A stretch of DNA of 64,000 nucleotides. Source: Minisyncoccia bacterium. GTDB lineage: Bacteria > Patescibacteriota > Minisyncoccia > UBA6257 > JAAZHW01. Position numbers and translations under genes: made by a program. Under the pieces are notes generated by a model. The model did no database searches, was not told where the DNA came from, and saw nothing but the letters and a program-made list of their open reading frames with translations. Below are positions 44,233-56,864 of this stretch, piece after piece. The stretch spans positions 84,015-148,014 of the forward strand of contig JBNASH010000035.1 of the NCBI GenBank assembly GCA_049720475.1. Direction: 5' to 3'. Position 1 is the stretch's first letter, and each line of letters starts with the position of its first letter.

Positions 44233-46668
44233 TTACACCACAAAATTAATTAAACGATTGGGAACAAAAATAATTTTTTTAATTTTAGAATTCTTTAAAA
44301 GGTCGCCAATTTTAGGATGAGCCAAAACAATTTTTTCTGCTTCTTTTTGAGGGATATTAAAAGGCGCACTAATTTTAATTTTTAATTTTCCATTAATTTG
44401 GACGAGTAATTCAAATTGTTTTTGTTGCAAATATTTCTCTTCAAATTTCGGCCATTTTTCTTCGTGAATAGATTTTTTATGTCCTAATAATTGCCAAATT
44501 TCTTCAGCCAGAAAAGGAGCAAAAGGCGCTAAAAGTTTTGCGTATGTCTCAAGATGCTTTTTCGCAATTTTAATATTTTTCTCTTGCATTTTATTAAGGC
44601 ATTCCATTAAAGCGCTAATGGCTGTGTTATAACGCAAATCCTCAATATCATCGGTCACTTTCTTAATTGTCCGATGTATTATCGCTTCAATCTCACTATC
44701 ATTTTTTTCTTTTTCTTTCCAACGCAACTGATTTTGATAAAAATTCCAAATACGATTAACAAATCGGAAAATACCGTTGATACCATCAGGATTCCACGGC
44801 TTCATATCTTCGAGTGGTCCCATAAACATAATATACATTCTTAAAGTATCAGCGCCATATTGTTTTACAATATCATCAGGATTAACAACATTGCCAAAAG
44901 ATTTTGACATTTTTCTATTATCAGCGCCCAAAATAATACCTTGATTAACAAGTTTTTTAAATGGCTCTGGCGTTGAAACCAAACCTAAATCATAAAGAAA
45001 CTTGTGCCAAAAACGAGCATAAAGCAAATGAAGAACAGCGTGTTCTTTGCCGCCAATATATAAATCAACTGGCATCCATTTTTTCTCTTTCTTCAAATCA
45101 ACAAATTTTTTGGAATTTTTTGGATCAATATACCGCAAATAATACCAACATGAACCCGCCCATTGCGGCATTGTATTAGTTTCTCTTTTTGCCGGCCCGC
45201 CACATTTTGGACATTTTGTATTAATCCAACTTTCAATAGCTGCTAAAGGCGACTCACCAGTACCAGTGGGTTCATATGACTTAACTTTCGGCAAAGTTAA
45301 AGGTAGATCTTTTTCTGAAAGAGGAATAACGCCACATTTTGGACAGTGAACAATTGGGATTGGCTCGCCCCAATATCTCTGACGCGAAAAAATCCAATCA
45401 CGCATTTTATAATTCGTCACCTTTTTGGCACCAACATAATTAGCAATTTTTTCTTGAGCGCTTCGATTATCTAAACCATCAAATGGCCCTGAATTAATAA
45501 GATAGCCATCGCCTGTATAAGCATTTTCCAAATAATGTTCTTTGCCATCAGGACTAATAACTTCTATAATATCGAGTTTAAATTTCTTGGCGAATTCGAA
45601 ATCTCTTTCATCATGCGCCGGCACAGCCATAATTGCTCCCGTGCCATAATGAATTAAAACGTAATCGGAAATCCAAACTGGGATTAATTTTTGATTTGTT
45701 GGATTAACCGCCCAAACACCTTTTAATTGAACACCGGTTTTAGTTTTTGCCAAATCCGTTCGTTCTAATTCTGATTTTTGAATTGCTTCTTCAATATATT
45801 TCTCAACTTCGTAAATATTTTCAATATAATTTTTTAATTCATTAATTATCGAATGTTCAGGGGCTACCACTAAATAAGTTGCGCCAAATAAAGTATCAAT
45901 GCGAGTGGTAAAAACTTCAATTTCTCCAATTTTATAATTATTGTTATCTTTTAAAGTAAATTTAATTTGATGGCCAACGGATTTCCCTATCCAATTTTTT
46001 TGCATTTCTTTAATATCCTCCGGCCAATCAAGCAAAGGCAAATCCTTCAATAATTTCTCGGCATAAGCAGTAATTTTGAGCCACCATTGACGAAGCATTT
46101 TTCTTTGAACAGGCGTGCCACAACGATCACAATTCCCTTCAACTGTCACTTCTTCATTTGCTAAACCCGTCTTACAAGAAGGACAGAAATTAATCGGCGC
46201 TTCTTTTTCATAAGCCAAACCCTTCTCAAAAAGTTTCAAAAATATCCATTGGGTCCATTTGTAATATTTGGGATCAGTTGTATTAATCTCGCGCTTCCAA
46301 TCATAAGCAAATCCCATTCTTAATAATTGTTTTTTAAAAACATTAATATTTTTTGCGACAATTTCTGCCGGATGTTTTTTAACTTTAATTGCATAATTTT
46401 CAGCCGGCAAACCAAAGGCATCCCATCCCATCGGATGAAGCACATCATAACCCTGCATTTTTTTATAACGTGCATAAATATCGCTGGCTGTATAATTTTC
46501 AACATGCCCCAAATGCAATCCCTGACCCGAAGGATATGGGAACATATCTAAAATATAAAATTTCTTTTTGGGTGAGTCGCCAACTTGATATGTTTTAAAA
46601 TTATTTCTCTCCCATTTTTTTAACCATTTATTCTCAATTTTTTGAAAGGGGTATTTAAAAACTTTCAT
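44233..46668 (-). CDS. leuS: leucyl-tRNA synthetase
   Basis: HIGH-region (PYPSGQGLHLGHV), KMSKS, and a long editing domain. Confidence 0.9.
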   Translation of the reverse strand: MKVFKYPFQKIENKWLKKWERNNFKTYQVGDSPKKKFYILDMFPYPSGQGLHLGHVENYTASDIYARYKKMQGYDVLHPMGWDAFGLPAENYAIKVKKHPAEIVAKNINVFKKQLLRMGFAYDWKREINTTDPKYYKWTQWIFLKLFEKGLAYEKEAPINFCPSCKTGLANEEVTVEGNCDRCGTPVQRKMLRQWWLKITAYAEKLLKDLPLLDWPEDIKEMQKNWIGKSVGHQIKFTLKDNNNYKIGEIEVFTTRIDTLFGATYLVVAPEHSIINELKNYIENIYEVEKYIEEAIQKSELERTDLAKTKTGVQLKGVWAVNPTNQKLIPVWISDYVLIHYGTGAIMAVPAHDERDFEFAKKFKLDIIEVISPDGKEHYLENAYTGDGYLINSGPFDGLDNRSAQEKIANYVGAKKVTNYKMRDWIFSRQRYWGEPIPIVHCPKCGVIPLSEKDLPLTLPKVKSYEPTGTGESPLAAIESWINTKCPKCGGPAKRETNTMPQWAGSCWYYLRYIDPKNSKKFVDLKKEKKWMPVDLYIGGKEHAVLHLLYARFWHKFLYDLGLVSTPEPFKKLVNQGIILGADNRKMSKSFGNVVNPDDIVKQYGADTLRMYIMFMGPLEDMKPWNPDGINGIFRFVNRIWNFYQNQLRWKEKEKNDSEIEAIIHRTIKKVTDDIEDLRYNTAISALMECLNKMQEKNIKIAKKHLETYAKLLAPFAPFLAEEIWQLLGHKKSIHEEKWPKFEEKYLQQKQFELLVQINGKLKIKISAPFNIPQKEAEKIVLAHPKIGDLLKNSKIKKIIFVPNRLINFVV

Positions 46669-46719
46669 AATTAAAAATAAAAGTTTGATAAATGTGACTA
46701 TTATAAAAAAGTATAAAAT

Positions 46720-48303
46720 TTATTGGTAAGAAATCAAGTTGGTTAATAAACTGACACCACTCATTTCTATTGGAATTGGCAAACCCATTAATTCCAAAAT
46801 TGTTGGCGCAATATCACACAATGAACCGGTCGTTGTGCCCTCCATTTCCTTAATTTGTTCTTCGGTTCGGGGTATTTTTAACTTAAATCTTTCATCAACC
46901 AAATAAAATGGCACTGGATTACTATCGTGATGTGTTTCTTTTTCGCCAGTTAAAGGATCATATAATCTTTCGGCATTGCCATGATCAGCGGTTACAATTA
47001 ATGTAGCACCAATTTTTTGAGCTACCTCATAAACTTTGGTTAATTGTTGATTAAGAATTTTTATCGCTTCAACAACGGCATTATAATTGCCCGTATGCGC
47101 AATAGTATCTGGATTAGCATAATTAACAGCAATAAAATCATAAACCCCCTCCATCATGGCCGCAATTAATCTTTCTGTAATTTCCGGCGCGCGCATAGCC
47201 GGATATTCGTCTGGATGCGGTGTTTCTTTCGAAGGAATTAAAACTCTAAATTCATCAGGAAAAACTTTATCTGTTAAACCATTAAAAAAGTAAGTTAGAT
47301 GATAATACTTTTCTGTTTCAGCAATTTTTAATTGTTTTAAATTGTGTTTACTTATTTCGGCAGTTAATGATGTCTCAATTTTTTCCGGATAATATGCAAC
47401 ATCAACATTAAAACTTTTATCATACTGAGTCATTGTCGTAATATGAATATTCAATTTTTTTCTAGGGAAATAGCTGAATTCAGGAAGAATAAAAGCGCTG
47501 CTTAATTGACGGATGCTATCTTCTCGAAAATCAAAAAATATCACACCATCGCCATCTTTAATAATTGGTAAATTTTGATCATCTTCAATAATTAATGTTG
47601 GCTCAATATATGGATCGGTTAATTTTTTCTCATTATAGAAATAATCAAAAACTTCTTGATAGTTTTTTACTTTCCGACCCTCTCCATTAACTAGCAAATT
47701 ATAAACTCGGCTAGTTAAATCCCAATTTTTTGAACGATCCAGCGCATAATAGCGACCGGACAAGCTTCCTAATTTTCCTACGCCAATTTTTTTAGCGTCG
47801 TTTAAAAACCGTTCTACTAATTCTTTGCCTGATTTCGGCCTACTATCACGACCATCAGTAAAGAAATGAAAAATTACCTTCTGCAACTGTTTTTTTGCTG
47901 CCAATTGTAATAAGGCCAAAATATGCTCATAAGCGCTGTGGGCGTGCGATTCTGATAATAACCCCAGACAATGAAGTGTAGAACCATTTTTAAGAACAAA
48001 ATCAAATGTTTTATTTAAAGCTTCATTTTTAAAAAAATTACCATTGCGAATCTCCAAACTAATTCGCGGATAATACTGATAAATAATTTTACCAATCCCC
48101 ATCGTTAAATGGCCAACTTCACTATTGCCTGCTTCCCCCCATGGCAAACCAACAGCAATACCACTTGCCTGCAAAGATGTCGCCGGATAATTATATTTAA
48201 AATTTTCAATAATTTCCGGTTTAACTTTGTAAATGGGATTGGAATCATCTCGAGCTCCAATGCCCCATCCATCCAAAATAATCAAAACTACATTTTTTCT
48301 CAT
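46720..48303 (-). CDS. gpmI: 2,3-bisphosphoglycerate-independent phosphoglycerate mutase
   Basis: N-terminal ILDGWG and metal-binding motifs (TADHGN). Confidence 0.9.
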   Translation of the reverse strand: MRKNVVLIILDGWGIGARDDSNPIYKVKPEIIENFKYNYPATSLQASGIAVGLPWGEAGNSEVGHLTMGIGKIIYQYYPRISLEIRNGNFFKNEALNKTFDFVLKNGSTLHCLGLLSESHAHSAYEHILALLQLAAKKQLQKVIFHFFTDGRDSRPKSGKELVERFLNDAKKIGVGKLGSLSGRYYALDRSKNWDLTSRVYNLLVNGEGRKVKNYQEVFDYFYNEKKLTDPYIEPTLIIEDDQNLPIIKDGDGVIFFDFREDSIRQLSSAFILPEFSYFPRKKLNIHITTMTQYDKSFNVDVAYYPEKIETSLTAEISKHNLKQLKIAETEKYYHLTYFFNGLTDKVFPDEFRVLIPSKETPHPDEYPAMRAPEITERLIAAMMEGVYDFIAVNYANPDTIAHTGNYNAVVEAIKILNQQLTKVYEVAQKIGATLIVTADHGNAERLYDPLTGEKETHHDSNPVPFYLVDERFKLKIPRTEEQIKEMEGTTTGSLCDIAPTILELMGLPIPIEMSGVSLLTNLISYQ

Positions 48304-48306
48304 AAA

Positions 48307-48888
48307 TTATAAATCTGCCATTATCTTATCTGCTTCGGTTAAATTTTGTTTTGCTAAAATTAAATTGTTTTCCATCTCTTGGATTAAACCAGAAGGATTA
48401 ATATTCAGATCAATACCCTTTTTGTCCAACTCCGCTTCATACTCAGCGGCAATACCCTGCTTTAATAAATCCGCATAAGTACAATAATCCTTTAAATTGT
48501 TTAAACTGTTAATTTGATATTGAGCCAATTGCAAAATGATCGCTTTCTTTTCACTGGTTAAACTATCATTGTTTGTTAAAAGTTGTTTCACTTGATCCGA
48601 TAACTTTAGCAATTCATCAGAAATTTTTGGAATATCATTGCTAATCACAATAGCAATATCCAAAGATTCTTTTAATTGTCTCTGATTATATTTTTCCTTT
48701 ATAAGTTGAAGGTTTTTTTGGTTCTTTTCTATTAAATTCAGGAGGTCGCTACTGCCAGTTTTAACTTCATTAACAATCGTCGGCGTACTTTTTTCTGGTT
48801 TATTAATTTTAGAAATAAAAATTATCCCACCTACAACCAGAATAATTAAAACTAATATAATAATTAATAATTTTGTGTTTTTACTCAT
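48307..48888 (-). CDS. membrane-anchored coiled-coil hypothetical protein
   Basis: N-terminal TM LLIIILVLIILVVGGIIFI. Confidence 0.5.
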   Translation of the reverse strand: MSKNTKLLIIILVLIILVVGGIIFISKINKPEKSTPTIVNEVKTGSSDLLNLIEKNQKNLQLIKEKYNQRQLKESLDIAIVISNDIPKISDELLKLSDQVKQLLTNNDSLTSEKKAIILQLAQYQINSLNNLKDYCTYADLLKQGIAAEYEAELDKKGIDLNINPSGLIQEMENNLILAKQNLTEADKIMADL

Positions 48889-48937
48889 AATAATTTTATT
48901 CTAACTTATTTTTAAAAAAAATAAAAGGGGCTAGGCA

Positions 48938-49393
48938 AAGATCAGAAAACCCTGCCGGTGGGCAGGATTTTCTGATCTTTGTTTCTTCAATAAGAATAAG
49001 CCGAATTCTGTACCCATAAAGGGCGGCAACCATTTATCTTGACGCGGTATTGCTACCACGTTCAGAGCGATCTACCTGTCGCTTGCGCGACAACTTGATC
49101 TTGCACCAGGAAGGGTTTGCCACCTCTAATTGTCACCAATTAGAGTTGGGAGCTCTTACCTCCACTCTTTTCACCCTTGGTCACCTCAAAAAATACTGAG
49201 GTGGCCGGTATAGTTTCTGTGGCACTTTCCCTAATCACGTTTAAACGTGATCGGTTGCGGTTAGCAACTTCCTTCTTCTGCTATCTTCCTAAGAAAATAG
49301 CAGGGTGTTCGGACTTTCCTCTGTTGATGTTTATTATTGATGATTGCTCATCTCAAAACACCAACAGCAGTTGCCTACTTATTGAAGAAACTG
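48938..49393 (-). ncRNA. rnpB: RNase P RNA (bacterial type, minus strand) including 3' terminator hairpin 48938..48980
   Basis: Reverse complement contains the P4 strands GAGGAAAGTCCGAACACC (cf. E. coli GAGGAAAGUCCGGGCUCC) and GGGTACAGAATTCGGCTTA (cf. ACAGAACCCGGCUUA). Also GGGAAAGTGCCACAGAAA, GGTAAGAGCTCCC, and a P1 pairing AGTTTCTTCAATAAG/CTTATTGAAGAAAC. A long perfect hairpin + T-run sits at the 3' end. Confidence 0.75.
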
Positions 49394-49399
49394 TTTCAG

Positions 49400-49427
49400 A
49401 TTTTACTTTAATTTTACAAAAAATCAA
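49400..49427 (-). promoter_or_regulatory. promoter for rnpB (TTGATT-16-TAAAAT, ~7 nt upstream of the predicted 5' end)
   Basis: Read on the minus strand. Confidence 0.45.
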
Positions 49428-50218
49428 TAGTTTATTAGGGGTAAATTGGAAGTGGTGGTAGTAATTTCTTCAATTGTAGGAGAAGGGGTTGGTGAAAAAA
49501 TTAAATTTGTCGGTTTAAGTGGTGTAGGTGAATTTTTAGTCGGATTTAAAGTAGGCGTTAAAGTGGGTGTGGCTTCGCTTGAAGAATTAAAATAAATTTT
49601 TCTTTCTATTGTTTTCTTTTTACCCGTTCGATTAACGGCTGTAATAACAATTTCATTTAATCCTTCTCGTAAATTAATTTGCTCACTAAATTTACCATCA
49701 TCGCCAATATAAATTTCTTTATTATTGATAGTTATATAACTATGTGCCTGACCCTCTCCTTCAATGAGAAATGGATTTTCTGATGTCTCGATCGTTTCAA
49801 ATGCTGGAGTAATAATTTTTAATTTCGGTTCACCAAAAAGATTTTTACTTTGAAAAATAATAAAACTAATAACAGTAATAATTACTGCTACTACTGGAAT
49901 GTAACGCAAAATTTTTAAAATGTGGTGAGTGACTTCTTTACCCGATTCAAAACGATTCGAAGGCAATAAATCTATCTTGGGCGGCATCTTCAAATTATAT
50001 TCTTCAAGATACATATGCCACAATTCCTCAAAATCAATATCCAACACTTTGGCAATTTTTTGCAAATATCCCTTTACAAAAACATTCGCAGGTAATTCTT
50101 CAAATTTACCTTCTTTCAAAGCAATAATATTTTTTAATGGCACTTTTGTTAGCCGCTCAATATCTTCAGCGGTAAAACCCTTATCATCCATTCTTTGATT
50201 TAAATATTCTTGAAACAT
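49424..50218 (-). CDS. RodZ-like protein (N-terminal XRE-type HTH, TM helix, Pro/Thr-rich C-terminus)
   Basis: HTH region GFTAEDIERLTKVPLKNIIALKEG, a TM helix VVAVIITVISFIIF, and a C-terminus TPTLTPTLNPTKNSPTPLKPT. Confidence 0.6.
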   Translation of the reverse strand: MFQEYLNQRMDDKGFTAEDIERLTKVPLKNIIALKEGKFEELPANVFVKGYLQKIAKVLDIDFEELWHMYLEEYNLKMPPKIDLLPSNRFESGKEVTHHILKILRYIPVVAVIITVISFIIFQSKNLFGEPKLKIITPAFETIETSENPFLIEGEGQAHSYITINNKEIYIGDDGKFSEQINLREGLNEIVITAVNRTGKKKTIERKIYFNSSSEATPTLTPTLNPTKNSPTPLKPTNLIFSPTPSPTIEEITTTTSNLPLINY

Positions 50219-50228
50219 ATATTTTAAT

Positions 50229-52400
50229 TTATTCTTTATCTATTTCGTTTTCAGTTAAAATTGTCTCTTCATCAATATCATCTTCACTCGAATTTTCATT
50301 ATCAATATTTTCTGCTTTAACTAAAACTTCCCGGGGTTTAGCACCATCAGCTGGTCCAATCACTCCTCTTTCTTCCAATAAATCCAGCAATCGCGCCGCC
50401 CGAGCATAACCAACCCTTAATCTCCTTTGCAAGAAAGAAGCCGAGGCCTTTCCGGTTTGAACTACAATCTTATAAGCTTCAGGATACAACTCATCAACCT
50501 CCAAATTATCAAGCGATCCAGTACTATCCAAAGAAATCTCTTGCATTTGTTTTTCCAATTCCTTTTCAAAATCCATTTCTTCCTCTCCAGCAATCTCATA
50601 ATCTTTGTTTTCTTCTATGATGTATTTAATAACTCGCTGAACTTCTGGCTCAGAAATATAAATACCTTGGATTCTTTTAGGTTTAAATGTATCTCCGGCC
50701 AAATAAAGCATATCGCCTCTACCCAACAATCTTTCTGCTCCAGCCATATCCAAAATTGTTCTTGAATCAACTTGACTAGCTACCTGCAATGCAATCCGAG
50801 AAGTAATATTAGCTTTAATTAATCCTGTTACAACTTCCACTGATGGTCGTTGGGTGGAAACAATTAAATGCAAACCAGTTGCTCGAGCCATTTGCGCTAA
50901 ACGAACAATTGCCGCCTCAATCTCTCGACCATAAGCAACCATTAAATCAGCCAATTCATCAATTACAATCACTATAAACGGCATTAATGGTTTGCCTTCT
51001 TTCATCATTTTTTGATTATAACTATTGATATCACGCGCATTAGCCAAGAGCAAGCGATTATATCTTTCATCCATTTCATTAACCGCCCAACGCAAAGCCA
51101 AAATCGTTTTTTTAGGATTAATTATCACTTCTGAAATTAAATGGGGTAAGCGATTATAAGCAGACAATTCAACTCTTTTAGGATCGATCAAAATAAAACG
51201 CAATGTTTCCGGCGTGTTTTTATAAAGCAGACTACATAAAATAGAATGGATAGTAATTGATTTACCCGAACCAGTACTACCAGCAATTAATAAATGGGGC
51301 ATCTTGGCCAAATCAGCAAACACTGGCTCGCCCGCCACATCGCGCCCTAATGGAAAAGTTAATAAATCACTTTCTAGAAACTTGTCATTCTCAATCATGT
51401 TTCTTAAACGAACAATCATTTTTTGCTTGTTTGGCACCTCAATACCAACCAATGACTGCCCCGGAATCGGCGCTTCAATACGAATCGGGTGCGCAGCCAA
51501 AGCTAAAGACAAATCATTTTGCAAAGAAACAATTTTTGACAACTTAACACCTTCAGCTGGTTTTAAAGTGTAACGCGTAACCGTAGGACCAACATACACC
51601 TCTCCCATTTCAACTGGAATTCCAAAGTTCGCCAATGTTCTCTGAATAATGTTTACATTGGCCTTGATATCTCCACTTGTTGGTTTTCCGGATTCTTTTT
51701 CTAATAGATCGAGGGGAGGGAAATTCCAATTAGTAACAATTCTTTCTTTTTGCCATGCCTTCTTTTCTGTTTTTTTCTTTTCAATTTTTTCCAGTTCTTC
51801 TTCAATAGCGTTTTTAATTTTCTCCTTGGGTGCGGCTTCTATCTTTTCACTACCATTAGTTTTGATTTTGACCTCTTTTATTGGTTCAACAACAATTTCT
51901 TTTTTCTCCTCTTCTTTTTCTTCTTTTGGCTTTCTTAAAGACCACTCAAAAATAATCACCAAGCCCACAAGAATTAAAACTAAACAAAAAACTAAACCAC
52001 CCCAAAAACCAAAAACTTTTTCCACTAAACCAACTTTATCACCCAACCAGCCGCCTGAAAACGGTTTTAAAATATCGGAAAAACCAAGTAAACCCAAACT
52101 AAATATAAGAAGACCAACAATAGTAGAAAAATAAATATTTTTTCTCAATGAACCGACAAAAATTGCTCCAGCAACAATAAAAATTACCGGCAAAAAGAAA
52201 TAAATCCAACCAAATAACAAATGAAAAATATCATAAACAAAAATGCCAAATGGGCCGGCCAATTTGAAAAAACTTAAACTAAACAAAATGGCCAAACCAA
52301 AACAAATAATACCAATAATAGTTTGTTTTGTTTCTTCTTTTAAACTTATCTTTAATGATCGCTCCGTTTTTTTATTGTTTTTATTTTCTTTTTTAGCCAT
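50229..52400 (-). CDS. ftsK: DNA translocase FtsK/SpoIIIE
   Basis: N-terminal TMs, Walker A GSTGSGKS, and a C-terminal gamma (winged-helix) domain. Confidence 0.85.
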   Translation of the reverse strand: MAKKENKNNKKTERSLKISLKEETKQTIIGIICFGLAILFSLSFFKLAGPFGIFVYDIFHLLFGWIYFFLPVIFIVAGAIFVGSLRKNIYFSTIVGLLIFSLGLLGFSDILKPFSGGWLGDKVGLVEKVFGFWGGLVFCLVLILVGLVIIFEWSLRKPKEEKEEEKKEIVVEPIKEVKIKTNGSEKIEAAPKEKIKNAIEEELEKIEKKKTEKKAWQKERIVTNWNFPPLDLLEKESGKPTSGDIKANVNIIQRTLANFGIPVEMGEVYVGPTVTRYTLKPAEGVKLSKIVSLQNDLSLALAAHPIRIEAPIPGQSLVGIEVPNKQKMIVRLRNMIENDKFLESDLLTFPLGRDVAGEPVFADLAKMPHLLIAGSTGSGKSITIHSILCSLLYKNTPETLRFILIDPKRVELSAYNRLPHLISEVIINPKKTILALRWAVNEMDERYNRLLLANARDINSYNQKMMKEGKPLMPFIVIVIDELADLMVAYGREIEAAIVRLAQMARATGLHLIVSTQRPSVEVVTGLIKANITSRIALQVASQVDSRTILDMAGAERLLGRGDMLYLAGDTFKPKRIQGIYISEPEVQRVIKYIIEENKDYEIAGEEEMDFEKELEKQMQEISLDSTGSLDNLEVDELYPEAYKIVVQTGKASASFLQRRLRVGYARAARLLDLLEERGVIGPADGAKPREVLVKAENIDNENSSEDDIDEETILTENEIDKE

Positions 52401-52405
52401 ATAAT

Positions 52406-52996
52406 TTAATCCCCTAAAATATGTAATCGCTCAAAAAATTCCCTATAAATCCTTACAAAATATTTTACTTCTTTTGGTTCTAAATTAAAAGTTGGATCGC
52501 CTTTTAACTTATCATATGCATAAACGCCGACTAAAATTTTATTTTTCTCAACATCATTTAATTCAGCAATTTTTAAAGTTTTTATTTTTTCTAACAAATT
52601 TTTCCCTTTTGGATTCAACCGATTAATAACCTCTTCTAATAATTCATTAAGGAGCGAAAAGGCAATTTTATAAGACCTTGGATCGTCTTCTTTTAATAAA
52701 TCCTCAATCTCTCTCCATGCTTTCAACGCTCGTCTTTTTTCATAACGACCGCCGACCCAAATTGTTTTATATTTTTCAATAACATCAGTAATTTTATTTG
52801 TTTTAATAATTAAATAAATCCAGATGAAAAATAAAACAACAGAGAAAATACCACTAATTAAGCGTAATTTTTTTACAATGGGAAAATTAAAAATCAAAAG
52901 AACAATATTGATAATTGAGTGAACAATATTAACGGCAACATGAAAAATATTGTTTATAGTATTAAATAAATCTTCCATAGTTTGAATTTGTCTCAA
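52406..52996 (-). CDS. membrane hypothetical protein (start uncertain; overlaps gatA 3' region in the track)
   Basis: Two hydrophobic helices, then a charged domain. Confidence 0.4.
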   Translation of the reverse strand: MRQIQTMEDLFNTINNIFHVAVNIVHSIINIVLLIFNFPIVKKLRLISGIFSVVLFFIWIYLIIKTNKITDVIEKYKTIWVGGRYEKRRALKAWREIEDLLKEDDPRSYKIAFSLLNELLEEVINRLNPKGKNLLEKIKTLKIAELNDVEKNKILVGVYAYDKLKGDPTFNLEPKEVKYFVRIYREFFERLHILGD

Positions 52997-54413
52997 ATAA
53001 ATGTGCGGCGTTTAACAAAAGCGCTTCCCCAAAGTGTTTTGTTAAAAATTGAAGGCCATAAGGCAGTTTGTTTTGGGAAGACCAAATAGGCAATGAAACA
53101 GATGGAATACCAGCGATATTAGCCGGGACAGTAAAAATATCAGAAAGATACATTTCCAAAGGATTACTAGTTTTTTCACCAAATTTAAAAGCGGGCGTCG
53201 GCGTTGTTGGTAAAACCACCAAATCAACCTCTTTAAAAATATTTTCAAATTCTTTTTTAATCAATGCTTGAATTAATCTTCCTTTTTTATAATAGGCTTC
53301 GTAATAACCACTCGATAAAACAAAAGTGCCCAATAAAATTCTTCTTTTAACTTCTCGGCCAAATAATTTTCCACGTGTTTTAAAATACAAATTTTTCAAA
53401 GAACCGGTTTCTTCAGATGGTGAATAACGCAAACCATCAAAACGCGCCAAATTACTACTTACCTCGGCTGGCATCAAAATATAATAACAAGCTAAACTCA
53501 AATTAATATGAGGAATGGAAATTTCTTTAATTTCCGCCCCCATTTCTTTTAATAAATCTATACTTTTTTGAAAAACTTCTGCCAAATTATTATCAAATTG
53601 TTTTAAATCAATTTCTTTAATAATGCCGATTCTTAAATTTTTTAAATCCTTTCTTTCATAAATGGATTGGGCATTAAAAGTAAAATTTTCTGTTGTATCA
53701 TCAAATTTATCCTTACCGCAAATTGCTTCCAAAAGAAGAGCGGCGTCTTCGACATTTTTGGTAATGGGGCCTATCTGATCCAAAGAGGAGGCCATGGCAA
53801 TCAACCCAAAACGAGACACTGCTCCATAAGTTGGTTTTAAACCAACTAAACCACAAAAACTCGCCGGTTGTCTCACCGAACCGCCTGTGTCTGAACCCAA
53901 TGCCGCCACCGCCTCATGCGCCGCGACTGCTGCCGCTGAGCCACCACTTGAACCACCAGGCACCCTTTCTTCGTCTAATGGATTTTTGGTTAATTTAAAA
54001 GCCGAGGTTTCAGTTGAAGACCCCATCGCAAATTCATCTAGATTGGTTTTACCCAAAAAAATTGCTAATTGTTTTTTTAATTTATTTATTACTGTCGCAT
54101 CATAGGTGGCCTTATAATTTTTCAACATTTTTGATCCTGCAGTGGTAATGGTATCTCTAATTAAAATGTTATCTTTAATTGCCAAAGGAACGCCAGCCAA
54201 AATCGGGATATTTTCGCCGGCAGCGATTTTTTTATCCACCTCATTGGCTTGTTTTAAAGCTTCATCTCTTAAAAGTGTTAGATAAGCGCCAATTTCTTGA
54301 TCGCGCTTTTCAATATAATCAAAAAATTCTTTTGTTAAATCAAAAGCACTAATTTCTTTATTCAAAAGAAGATTGTGTGTTTTTTTTATTGTTAACTCAT
54401 GCAGTGTAATCAT
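52962..54413 (-). CDS. gatA: Glu-tRNA(Gln)/Asp-tRNA(Asn) amidotransferase subunit A
   Basis: Amidase signature GGSSGGSAAAVAA and the Ser-cisSer-Lys context. Confidence 0.9.
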   Translation of the reverse strand: MITLHELTIKKTHNLLLNKEISAFDLTKEFFDYIEKRDQEIGAYLTLLRDEALKQANEVDKKIAAGENIPILAGVPLAIKDNILIRDTITTAGSKMLKNYKATYDATVINKLKKQLAIFLGKTNLDEFAMGSSTETSAFKLTKNPLDEERVPGGSSGGSAAAVAAHEAVAALGSDTGGSVRQPASFCGLVGLKPTYGAVSRFGLIAMASSLDQIGPITKNVEDAALLLEAICGKDKFDDTTENFTFNAQSIYERKDLKNLRIGIIKEIDLKQFDNNLAEVFQKSIDLLKEMGAEIKEISIPHINLSLACYYILMPAEVSSNLARFDGLRYSPSEETGSLKNLYFKTRGKLFGREVKRRILLGTFVLSSGYYEAYYKKGRLIQALIKKEFENIFKEVDLVVLPTTPTPAFKFGEKTSNPLEMYLSDIFTVPANIAGIPSVSLPIWSSQNKLPYGLQFLTKHFGEALLLNAAHLFETNSNYGRFI

Positions 54414-54422
54414 AAGCGAAAA

Positions 54423-54719
54423 TTAAAAAATTGGCGGTATTTCAAGCCAATTATCTTTACGCTGGTAAAAACCATCGATTAAATCATCATTGGCAAATAA
54501 TAAATTCTCTTCTTCAAAACCATCTGAAGTTTTACTTGGAGAAAATGTTTGTTCCAAATCGACGTTTTTAATATCTACTGCTTCTAATTGATTGACATAA
54601 TCAAGGATAAGATTTAAATCTTTTTCAATTTTTTCTTTTTCTTCTTCAGAAATTTCTAATCGACTTAAATCTGACAGATATTCTACCATCTTTGAATTAA
54701 TAAGATTTTCCTTATTCAT
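54423..54719 (-). CDS. gatC: amidotransferase subunit C
   Basis: 98-aa protein with GatC-like motifs (LSRLEISEEEKEK, LNLILDYVNQL), upstream of gatA. Confidence 0.8.
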   Translation of the reverse strand: MNKENLINSKMVEYLSDLSRLEISEEEKEKIEKDLNLILDYVNQLEAVDIKNVDLEQTFSPSKTSDGFEEENLLFANDDLIDGFYQRKDNWLEIPPIF

Positions 54720-54752
54720 GTTTTTTATTTTAGCACAAAAATTGCTTAAATT

Positions 54753-56864
<2,112 letters not shown>

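Noticed and set aside
49177-49461. 94-aa plus-strand ORF
   Set aside because: Lies entirely within the RNase P RNA gene on the opposite strand.
51649-52134. 161-aa low-complexity plus-strand ORF (F/S-rich) and neighbours
   Set aside because: Antisense to the ftsK N-terminal TM region; composition is the mirror of hydrophobic codons.
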